From the NCBI GenBank assembly GCA_964016885.1, contig OZ024740.1, positions 283,712,001 through 283,776,000 of the forward strand: a DNA stretch of 64,000 bases, written 5' to 3'. The notes beneath the pieces were generated by a model. It was not told the origin of the DNA. It did no database searches and saw only the letters and a list, made by a program, of their open reading frames with translations. The position numbers and the translations under genes are program-made. Source of the stretch: Eledone cirrhosa (Eukaryota). Positions 53,544 through 64,000 of this stretch are shown in pieces (the stretch's first letter is position 1; every line of letters begins with the position of its first letter).

Positions 53544-53545
<2 letters not shown>
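53113..53545 (+). mobile_element. Short 5'-truncated Dong/R4 copy between (TAA)n tracts
   Basis: Near-identical to 55815-56250 (DMSVP..KYKDL..PVVVGALG). Confidence 0.9.
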
Positions 53546-53626
<81 letters not shown>

Positions 53627-53692
53627 AAGAAGAAGAAGAAGAAGAAGAAGAAGAAGAAGAAGAAGAAGAAGAAGAAGAAGAAGAAGAAGAAG

Positions 53693-53721
<29 letters not shown>

Positions 53722-53723
<2 letters not shown>

Positions 53724-56247
53724 TCATAACATACATGCCCCATGGATAGACTGACAAATGAAAGATACAGCTCACCTTGAGGAACAAATATGGGAAAATA
53801 TAACAGTTGAACAGTTGCGTTTGGCTCTAAGAAAAACCAGCAAATGGAAATCCCCAGGAAAAGACAAAATACAAAATTTTTGGATAAATGCCTTCACAGA
53901 GTCTCATGAGCTGTTAGCCCAACTTTACAATGAAATAGTTAAGGAGCCAGAAAAGATACCATCATGGCTAGTTAACGGCATTACATTCCTGCTTCCGAAG
54001 AATGATGAGACAAACAATACCAAAAATTACAGACCGATAACTTGCTTGACCACAATGTATAACATTTTAACATCAGTCCTAACTGAATATACATATGACC
54101 ACCTGATAACAAATGACCTATTTCCCATTGAGCAGAAAGGGTGTAAACGAGGCTCATATGGCTGTAAGGATCAGCTTTTGGTTAACAAAATGATACTGGA
54201 AGATTGTCATAATAGACACAAAAATCTATCAATTGCTTGGATAGATTATAAAAAAGCATTCGATAGTTTGCAACACAGTTGGATTGAAAAATGTTTAGAG
54301 ATTTTCAAAATATCTCCCGTTGTCAGGAGGTTTTTGTCATTCAGTATGAAGACATGGAAAACGACACTCCTTTTGAATAGTGAAACAAAATCACTGGAAG
54401 CTGGAGAAGTTAATATTAATAGTGGAATTTTTCAGGGTGACTCTTTATCGCCGCTTTTATTCTGCATCGCACTTATACCATTAAGTAAAATGCTCAATGA
54501 AACAAAACATGGATATAAAGTCTATGACAAAACCATTAATCACTTGTTCTACATGGATGACCTGAAACTATTTGCAAAAAAATGATGAACAATTGCAAGG
54601 GCTATTATCCACTGTGGAGCAGTTCAGTGATGACATTAAAATGGAGTTTGGACTAGATAAATGCGCCAAAACAACGTTCACCAGAGGAAAGCTGCTGAAA
54701 AGTTCAGACATTAATCTTGATCGGGGGAATGTGATAAGAGAACTTGATCAAGAGGAAACTTACAAATATCTAGGTGTTTGTGAAGGAGACGGAATCAAGC
54801 ACTCGACAATGAGCGAAAGGATAAGGAAGGAATGTTACCGCAGAGTAAGAGCAATCTTAAGAACGGAATTGAATGCAAGGAATAGGATCGATGCCATAAA
54901 CACGCTTGCCATACCAGTAGTAACCTACAGTTACAATGTCATCAACTGGTCAAGCACAGAGATCCGTAGGCTCGATACAAAAATTCGAAAATTTTTAACC
55001 ATGCACAGAATGCATCACCCTAAGGCAGATACAGATAGAATATATCTCCCTAGGAAAGAAGGAGGACGTGGGTTAATCCAGTTAGATATTGCGTTGAAAA
55101 CTGCAACAATTGGATTATCTACATATCTAAGGGAATCACATGATTGGATGATCAAACTCGTTTTGAAACACGAAAGCATCAAAAGATCATACTCCATTAC
55201 AAAAGATGCACAAAGATACAGTAATGGACTACAAATTTCAGAAGTCCCATTTACTGCTGAAATGGAAAACACAGAAAAAGCAAAGCAGGTAAAAGTAACT
55301 GCAAAGAAAGAACTGCTACAGAAACTGGCTAAGAAATGGCAAGAAAAGCCTCTGTATGGAAAATACCCAGAACGAGCAAACAATCCTGATGTTGACAAAA
55401 CTTTAACTCATCAGTGGTTGGCATCCTCTGGACTGAAATCGGAGACTGAAGGACTGATTATAGCAGCACAAGATCAGTGTCTGCCAACAAAAAATTACCA
55501 AGTCAACATAATAAAAAATGGATGCAGCCCATTATGCCGTGTATGTAAAAAACAATCAGAGACCATTGACCATATAATTTCAATGTGCAGTCCTATAGCT
55601 CCAACCGAATACCTAAACAGGCATGACAGAGCTGCACAATACATACATTGGATAATGTGTAAGCATTTTGACCTGCCCCATCAAAAGAATTGGTGGGAGC
55701 ATCAACCACCTCCCATACTTGAAAAAAAGATCACATCTCAATCTTGTGGAACTTTAGCATCCAAACAGACCGAAAAATAGATGCAAATAGACCTGATATA
55801 ATACTGAAGGACTTTAAAAAGAGGGTATGCCTGCTAATTGATATGTCCGTTCCAATAGACAAGAATGGATCTATAAAAACATTTGAAAAACTGAGCAAGT
55901 ATAAGGACCTGGAGATAGAAATTGGAAAAATGTGGAAATTGAGAACTAAAACAATACCAGTGGTTGTAGGCGCTCTAGGAATGATACCTAAGGGGTCTAA
56001 TGATTACTTATCGCAAATCCCAGGAAGCCCGCGTATAGGAGAAATACAAAAGATAGTACTAATGGGAACTGCCAATATACTAAGGAAGATTCTGTCAATA
56101 TAAGTACATCACAAGTCTAAACACCTAAAGATGCATGTGTGAGTATGTATGTTCTTTCTTGAACATGGCGGACCTTGTTGTCTCTTGAGGTCACTGGTTG
56201 TGACTTGGTGATAACTCGTATGAACATGAAGAAAGAGAAATGCAGCT

Positions 56248-56250
<3 letters not shown>
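53722..56250 (+). mobile_element. Dong/R4-clade LINE, 5'-truncated, two A-run frameshifts, (TAA)n tail
   Basis: YRPITCL, DYKKAFDS, GIFQGDSLSP, YMDDLKL, CRVC..HI..C, RHD, RPDI..DMSVP. Confidence 0.93.
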
Positions 56251-56327
<77 letters not shown>

Positions 56328-56330
<3 letters not shown>

Positions 56331-56511
56331 TGTTTCTACTTTAGGCACAAGGCCAGCAATTACCCAGTGCATTACTGGTATTTTATTTTATCGACCCCGT
56401 AAGGATGAAAGGCAAAGTCAACCTCGGCGGGATTTGAACTCAGATCGTAAAGGGACGTAACTATGTTGGAAAGCATGGCGTCCGACCCTCTACTGATACT
56501 GCCAATCCACT
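56328..56511 (-). mobile_element. tRNA-derived SINE
   Basis: Same core; tail merges with (TAA)n. Confidence 0.9.
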
Positions 56512-57115
56512 GGCCACAAGGGCCGACATGTAGGAGACAATACAAAGACACGGGCAGTGAGGGTTTACATTAAGCTCGAGTAATATACTATGTATAAACA
56601 TAAAATAAATTGCCCAATAGGAAGGTGAACCACCTAGGGGCGATCCAGGTACCCCACCAATCCTGAACCACCCGACGCTTCTAGGGTACCCGGGGAGGCA
56701 CCCCTCTCCTCCTCAAATTAACCAGCCTATAGGTGCATGGTCAGAGTTGGCCTACTCCCACCGGCCATTCTCGCCACATTCATCTTTCTTTTAGCAAATA
56801 TTCTAAGGGGTCAGCACTTCCCTCTCCACCATCACCTTGCTTTCCAAGTGAAACTTGAAAAAGCTGATGAGGGATTGACCGAAGAAAAAAATGTCTACCT
56901 TCAGTCCTTTCAGCCTGGTCTACCTTATAACCTCTTTTGCTACCACCACTAGACAGAGGAAAGCTGCCTACCCTTCCTGGCCAAAAGAAGGCGGCGGGTC
57001 GATCTTCACTATGGACTTGGCCGATAGCCGGATCCGTTCTACACGCGACAAGAGCTGTTCGACATAACTCTGCAAGTCAGTAATGCACGGACATTGGACG
57101 AGTGTGTGCAGACTC
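56512..57115 (-). mobile_element. Older Tx1 3' fragment
   Basis: gccacaagggc terminus; ggccattctcgccac and tcagtcctttcag shared with copies A, B and E. Confidence 0.75.
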
Positions 57116-57494
57116 TATAATTCTCGGCAAAGGCAACTGAGTGTGTGGTCTTGATAAACGCTCACAAGAGAGAAACAGACTGTCTGTCAGCCGCTCTCTG
57201 TTGTTTTTGCCAAGAATAAGTAAGTGAGATAGTCACTACTTTAAAATTCATAGCGAATGGTCATCTAAATGTTTTTGATTAAACATACAGTATATTGCCA
57301 AATATACTATACATACATTTATATATATATATAATATAGAAATGGCTTCTACGGGACTAGAACTGTTTCATTCGGCAAAAATCATCAGGAATTCTATATT
57401 AAATATTTATACTCTGCTATGTATTGAGTACCTTACTTACTGTGGTTACCCCCTATTGAACCCAGTATAAATATATATATATATATATATATAT

Positions 57495-57790
57495 AAAGAA
57501 TTAGTATATCTACCAACATATATATACAGATGCATACCTATCCTACCAAATATATAGGTTTTGTCTTAGTAACTTTGTGGTTCATCCACTGAATTATTTT
57601 TGTATAAGTTCCCTGTGGCCACGCATTGCCTGGGAACTTAGCTGAGAATAGACTTCCCTGATGACGAAAGGCCTTCTCCATGTGTCCCATTCGGAAACCG
57701 TGTTTATTCCCTTTCAGAAACTAATTAGTTGGAGTGAAATTTTAGTAAGTAAGTTAATTTTTATAATTTTCTTATTTTACGTCTTTCAAA
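57495..57790 (+). mobile_element. pLTR-like element in (TA)n with hammerhead motif at 57652-57736
   Basis: acttcc CTGATGA cgaaagg..cctttca GAAA cta-at-tag TT ggagt. Confidence 0.6.
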
Positions 57791-57934
57791 TATATATATA
57801 TATATATATATATATTAGCTATCTTCATTAACTTACTTTCCGATTTCCTTGTCATTGTACCTATATATATATATATTGAGTTAAAACTCACAATAGTCCC
57901 TTATAATCATCAAATTTTTCGAGCCTTATAATAC

Positions 57935-58229
57935 AATAAAGAGAGACAAACACAGATATATACATATTGGCCTTCAAATCACAAGGGACGTAAACCGCCA
58001 GGGTGAAGAAAATACTGACTAAAGAAAATACGATTCACGATACCATGTGCGTTTTTTTCTGTCTGGATGTTGATAGCTATCATAATCTGTTTGTAAATCT
58101 TAATTTATCCTTTTGATTGGGTTTTGTGAACCGTATTATCTTTAGTCAGTATTTTCTTCACCCTGGAGGTTTACGTCCCTTGTGATTTGAACGCAAATAT
58201 GTTTATATCTGTGTTTGTCTCTCTTTATC
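57935..58229. mobile_element. Fold-back element with ~100-bp inverted arms
   Basis: ataaagagagacaaacacagatata..gggtgaagaaaatactgactaaaga is inverted at 58127-58229. Confidence 0.8.
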
Positions 58230-58230
58230 G

Positions 58231-58301
<71 letters not shown>

Positions 58302-58351
58302 ATAGTATTGGATACATTTGTCTAGGCAATATTTACTGTTGTATTATTGTG

Positions 58352-58414
<63 letters not shown>

Positions 58415-58855
58415 GGAACAGTTACGGAAGGAAACGAACAGAAATACAGAAATGGACGCATAAACGTAGCGAACTCGTTAACCACACAGTTACGTATGGC
58501 TGTACATATGTTTTATTGAAAAAACTAGAGGTGAATTGATTTCACTCAACTGGAGATGGACCAGCCAGTAATGGCTAGCGTTGTTATAAATACTAATAAA
58601 TTTAATGGGACAGTAAAAAATGGCAGAGATTCTGAAATTCAATAAATATTTGCAAGGCAATATTGTAAGTTTTAAGCGGAATTGATATGAAAAATATCAC
58701 TAGATACATAAATATCGTATATCAGTTCTGAGGCCATTAAACAGAAGAAGAAGAAGAAGAAGAAGAAACACTCAGTCTGGGTGAAATCAAAATATTTTGC
58801 CAACGTATCACATAATTGATATTTAAGAAATCTATGCACACATTTGTCTGCTTAC

Positions 58856-58990
58856 TTTTCTATACTCTTTAAAAGCGTTTCAGTCTCTTTTGCTTGCTTT
58901 GCTCTCACTTGATTCCAGCCAAGAATCATCCGGTTAACTATGGATTCATTTGCTTTCACAGCAGAGTTTGGTCCGTATCTGGGTATCCAC
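58856..58990 (-). CDS. Host gene exon B (phase 2/2), WIPRYGPNSAVKANESIVNRMILGWNQVRAKQAKETETLLKSIEK
   Basis: Acceptor tattctttttcttttgacag-like tract, donor AA|GTAAGC; 135 nt, open, unique sequence. Confidence 0.85.
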
Positions 58991-59884
58991 CTGTCAAAAG
59001 AAAAGAATAGATTTTTCCCTAAACATTTAGATTAATATCGTGGAATTAATTCTTAATTTCCTTGAAATTATTTCCCGTTTTCATTCAGAATCACAATAAA
59101 TGCTGTTAGTTTTTTGTCTCCCTTCAACAAAAAGGGGAAATTTTAATTAAATTAGATGGTTTTCTGTATGTCTTTCAGCACATTACTTCTTAACTTATTT
59201 ATTTAGATGTATGCCATTGGTTCCCTTAACAAATATTTTTAATTATTGTTTTTAATTATGCAAATTATTACAGGCCAAGTCCTTTCGTAACCACTTTTCT
59301 ATTTCTAAAATACCTCTGTAAATCGATCAAAGTAGTCTTGAATAGATTATGGCATGCTGATAAGATTCAATAAGATCGAAACATCATAATATAATAAAGG
59401 GACTGTGTCCTAAATATATTTTTTTATCCCGTTAGTAAAATAAGTTGGATTACTTTGAATAAATAATTAATGGATATTACATAATTCATCTAGTAAATTT
59501 TGTAGTTGTTGATTAAATATAAATAATGTTATTGCTTATTTCAAGATTCACTTCTTTTAAAATTTTCAAATGTCAATACTTCCAGTTATGATATAACGGA
59601 CGCTATATCACATCACTCATATATTTGCATCGTTATATCATAACGTTTATATTTCTGTCGCTAATTTTCTCTTTCTTCGTTTTCAGTACATTTCACCGTA
59701 ATGCAGTTTATATATAATATCGTCTTTTTTAAATGTATCATGGATTACTTTACTGATTACAGAAGAGTGTAACACAGTCTCTCTTCAATTTCTGTGGATA
59801 TTGTCAATTACGATTTTATTTGACGTATCATATCTACATGCATATATACTTGCGTATAATATCAATATGCACACTACACATGTT

Positions 59885-59921
59885 AGCAGAAAACCACCCG
59901 AAGGGTGGATTTTCTGCTAGT
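59885..59921 (+). mobile_element. Helitron-like 3' terminus (hairpin plus CTAG|T)
   Basis: ccaccc-gaa-gggtgg attttctg CTAG T. Confidence 0.5.
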
Positions 59922-60684
59922 ATACATAATTGTCTCATTATCTACTAACAAAGATCAGATTTTTCCTAAGCGAGTAAGTGAATTTTCAAAATTCTTAATT
60001 ATCTTGATATTATCTTGATATTATCCTTATTTTGTTGAGTTACCAACAATGAAGCAGAGCTTGAGTTACTTAACGAATTTATCAGGGATTTTCTTGTAGG
60101 ATATGCCAGACATGTGGTGAACGGGGAGAACAAACCACAGCTCATAGTCTACTATCAAGTCAGAAACCTTATCTAAATGTAAACTACATTGGAGTGGTCC
60201 CTGGTAAGATCACCCAAGCACCAGAGACTTGTGATAAATCAGTAGTTCTATTAAGTTTCCGTTTACTGAAATTCGCTAACAAGTGGGCTCTAATTAGAAA
60301 ACATTTACTCGTGATAGCGCGCAGTGAAGTTGAACCTGGAACCACAGGATTGCCAAGCGAACTTCTTAATCAAACGGCCTGATCCGAAGGCACCATCATC
60401 TTCAAGAAGAAGAAGAAGAAGAAGAAGAAGAAGAAGGACTGTCCCGTATTTGATCCTACTGCGTGGTATCATAGGTTTATTTTTTTATCAAAGTTTATTT
60501 ATTTATTCATCTATTTATTAATAAACTTATTTACCTGTGCTTCAGATTGACCCAAGCATTGTGAGTATAATTATTTAGTTAAACTGAAGCTGTTTGAAAG
60601 CCTGCCCCGTTGGCTGTACCCTTAATTCTGAAACTTAATCTGTTACGCCGATTCGACTTGGGAGTTAATGTAAGAGTTCACGTA

Positions 60685-61280
60685 CTCTTGGGTCTCGAAT
60701 AATCGTCCGTCCCGTCCCCCCCCCCCTTCCCTCCCTAGCCCTGCTCCTTAACTTTTCAGATTGTTTCCAATCCCCCACCACCACTTATTGAATTTTGCTC
60801 ATCTATCTTCGGCAAAATTTTATTTCAAGTGGTAGCTTTAATTCGATTTACCACTCCTAGGACTAGAGGGTCGTCCTTCCCATGAGACACGGCTATTCTC
60901 CACCGGTTGCCAACCCGGTATTTCTTGGTCACGGTTTTTTTTTTGTTATTATTATAAATGTTTCATTAAAAAACATTATATATGAGAAAAAAAAAGTCCA
61001 TTACTAGAAATCCCATACATTATAAAATAAATAGGATGGTTTGGAGTCTCAATATGTACACTAAACGACTAATTCTGGTTTTGAAAAAAACTCAACTGAG
61101 ACAACCTAGAAAAATTACCGATTCCCCCCCCCCCCCCCCCCCCCCCCCACTTATTCCACATACACAGCTCCTTCTTATTCCAACTCCGCCGATTATCTCC
61201 CCCCCCCCCCACTCCTTATTCCAACCCATCCCCCGCTTATTCCACCGCAGCCCAGCCCGCTATTATTTGGGACCGGAGAG
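60685..61280. mobile_element. Tc1/mariner-type MITE with C-rich internal repeats
   Basis: TA|CTCTTGGGTCTCGAATAAT ... ATTATTTGGGACCGGAGAG|TA. Confidence 0.65.
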
Positions 61281-61852
61281 TATCTGGGAAATCCTCAACC
61301 ACTCTCACGTGTTGGACATTAATTTGATTGAACGACCGAATGATCATCGTCGAAACCAACGAAGGATCTATCATGTTCATAGAACAGTGTAAATGATTGT
61401 AGTTTTATCAATTGTTAAGTGTTGAGGCAAAATAAAGTCATTCAATTTTCCTTCTCATCTATCTGTCTACAGGTGATAAATTACTATAAGTAACAAATTT
61501 GATAAATTACAACAGGTAACGAATTAACAGGTAACAAATGTGTATGTCAAAGTCCGGTCTGTTCGCTTTTTACGCGAACTTCAAGTACGCGAATTCGTTT
61601 TAACGCCTCTTGAATAAAATATTATTAAATATTCATTTTGCGCGAATAACGCGCAATCACTCGTGTGGTTTTTAATTTTTTTTTATTTTTCAGGAAATTT
61701 TAACTTGAATTACGCGAATTTGCTTTACGCACCGTGTTCACGATTGCATCTTCGCGTAAAAGGCGAACACACTGTAATTGTTTTCTCTTCGTTGTCAACA
61801 ACCGTGAATTTTTCACGGATACCGCTAGTAAGTGTATAAAAGATTAAGTTAC

Positions 61853-61921
61853 CCTTGATTATCAATATATTCTGTTGCAAGGTTCTGCCACAAAGGAAGA
61901 GTCGCGCCAAATCCATCTTTC
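61853..61921 (-). CDS. Host gene internal exon A (phase 2/2), xKDGFGATLPLWQNLATEYIDNQG
   Basis: Acceptor ccttctgtttctccag|G, donor GG|GTAACT; 69 nt, open frame, phase matches exon B. Confidence 0.7.
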
Positions 61922-62134
61922 CTGGAGAAACAGAAGGTAATAGTAGGCGAGTAAAAACTGTTTATAGTTTTTTGGCACAAGACCAGCAATTAGCCAGTAC
62001 ATTACTGATACTTTATTTTATCGACCCCAATAATAAACTAAAGATGGTTACTTTAGATCATCTCTATTTATTTTATTATATATATTCCGAAGATGCAAGG
62101 CTTATGTAAAACATAGTCCAAAAAATGTTCTCGT

Positions 62135-62190
<56 letters not shown>

Positions 62191-62193
<3 letters not shown>

Positions 62194-62515
62194 TAAAGAA
62201 ACACTCGCAAGCGGTGGGAGGGACCGTCCTGAAGAAGGCGAGTCATGCCTGAAATACATAGACGGTTGTCCCCCTTGCTTCTGCTGGACACCACCAAAGG
62301 GCGTTAGCCCCGGTGTCCAACAGAAGCAAGGGGGACAACCGTCTATGTATTTCAGACTTGACTGGCCTTCTTCAGGACGGTCCCTCCCACCGCTTGCGAC
62401 TGGTGGGAGGGACCGTCTAGACGGTTGTCCCCCTTGCTTCTGCTGGACACCACCAAAGGGCGTTAGCCCCGGTGTTTGCATAGCTACAGCTTCCTGAAAC
62501 CGTGTTTCTTTAGAA
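62191..62515. mobile_element. Rearranged fold-back pLTR element with two opposed hammerhead motifs
   Basis: accgtc CTGAAGA aggc..gcct GAAA t-ac-a TA gacggt at 62223-62266; mirror at 62338-62381; ends ttctaaagaaacac/gtgtttctttagaa. Confidence 0.75.
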
Positions 62516-62570
62516 ATACAAAATGTCTATACATATTTGTAGAAAGCTATGCTTGAAGCGAAATCCTATT

Positions 62571-62639
<69 letters not shown>

Positions 62640-62644
62640 GTTAT

Positions 62645-63030
62645 TACTCTTTGAGTCTCAGTCACTGATGTTAGTTAAGTGGAAAGTTTGTTGAAATGAA
62701 TATCAAGCCACTACCTGCAGCTTCAGATATTCAGGACGTATCGGAGGGTTCTTGCTGTTCCCAGCAAGCATGCCTTTTGAAGCGTTCCAAAAAGCGTGAA
62801 GGGGTCAATTTTCTTTAACCATCCCTGGAAACTTTTTGAGATAGTCCCTAGTGCGCCTATGACAATCGGGACCACTTTGACTTCATGGCAGTTCCAAATC
62901 CTTTTTACCTCCCACTTTAAGTCCTGGTATCAGTTAATTTTCTCCCTCTCCTTCTCTTGCACTCTCGTGTCGAATGGGCAGGCCACATCCACAATCAGGC
63001 ACGATCTTTTTTCTTTGTCCACAACCACCA
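62645..63030 (-). mobile_element. Third Dong/R4-like 3' fragment between (TAA)n tracts
   Basis: VVVDKEKRSCLIVDVACPFD..YQDLKWEVKRIW..VVPIVIGALG. Confidence 0.85.
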
Positions 63031-63079
63031 TTATTATTATTATTATTGTTATTATTATTGTTATTATTATTATTATTAT

Positions 63080-63240
63080 TATACTTGGGGAGGGTCATAT
63101 TGTTATAATATTGCCAGAAATAATAACAGAACAGACTCACTGTTTGGTTTGGGTGGGTTTTCGCTTCTGTATCTTTTATATCTCCAAAGTTAATTTATTT
63201 GGCAATCAATGTTTATCATTGATTGACCAGCGGTTAAAAA
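63080..63240 (-). mobile_element. pLTR terminal fragment (tgaccctccccaagtata family)
   Basis: Reverse complement of the 10620-10752 / 24000-24152 type sequence. Confidence 0.75.
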
Positions 63241-64000
63241 TATATATATATATATATATATATATACAAAATACGGAATACAAAATACAAAATATATTAT
63301 ATATATATGTGTGTGTGTAAGTGTAAGTGTGTGTGTGCATCTATGTATACAGATGTGTGTATGTATGTGTGTGTGTGTACATTTTCATTAATTGTAAAAT
63401 ACGTTTACATTATCATAATGATAAAATAAATAAAAGAAATTAAAAGAGAACAACTAGGGAATTCTATTTCATCAGCCATTCTTTGGTGTGGGCTTATATT
63501 TCACATCTGGCCTTAGTCTATTACCAACTTCGCTTAGATTTCACATGGTAAGCAATCTGTATTTTGTTTTAAATGTTTCTATATATATATATATACAAAC
63601 TTTTCTAAATTAGCGTCAATCTTTTTTTATCGTATATTGCTGACAAATTTTACTTATATATAGTATTTGCTACTCCTTAAATGTTGAGTTGTTAGACAGC
63701 TTATGTTGGTTGCTATATCTAGTAGCAATTTTAGACTCGTCACTTTATCCGTTGGTCGGTCTACGCATGTGTGTATTGTACACCATTTTGGTTCAATGAG
63801 GACACATGCTGGTCAACAACTGGTTAATATATCCTTTTCTTATGATGATAATCAGAACCCTCTCTGATGATTGAGCCCTCTGGCAGAATGGACTGTCTTG
63901 ATTTATTGAGATGGTCACTTCTGTTCTTTGCTCGAGAAACTGTTGTAAAGGGGATTTGGAGAACTTAAGCTTTAGGCTGCTTAACTAAGACTCTAACCCT

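Noticed and set aside
57340-57400. CTGATGA..GAAAC on - strand as a hammerhead
   Set aside because: Stems I and II pair poorly; at best a degenerate relic
63477-63548. Possible + strand exon (cag|CCATTC..ATG|GTAAGC)
   Set aside because: No partner exons found, and it resembles sequence at ~40380-40440, suggesting a repeat

Overview
AT-rich, repeat-saturated metazoan DNA, most likely an octopus/coleoid cephalopod (inferred from the SINE family and repeat landscape, not verified). Most ORFs in the track are microsatellite or satellite artefacts. Reading splice signals by eye, I found one host gene on the minus strand that the ORF track misses. It has six small phase-compatible GT-AG exons (61853-61921, 58856-58990, 46677-46823, 43260-43383, 30915-30989, 10850-10936 with stop and AATAAA) encoding ~211 C-terminal residues, tentatively CCDC60/DUF4698-like. 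Its introns and 3' flank hold a head-to-tail stack of L1/Tx1 LINEs in (GATA)n, R4/Dong LINEs in (TAA)n and (TACA)n, RTE remnants with non-autonomous derivatives, and Penelope-like (GIY-YIG) elements. They also hold many fold-back pLTR fragments with hammerhead-ribozyme motifs in (TA)n, about 20 tRNA-derived SINE copies, Tc1/mariner, hAT and Helitron relics, and a 6-kb 19-bp minisatellite that repeats TAG|GTGAG on the gene's sense strand. No tools were used: coordinates are hand-counted (TE ends approximate) and family assignments rest on recalled motifs.
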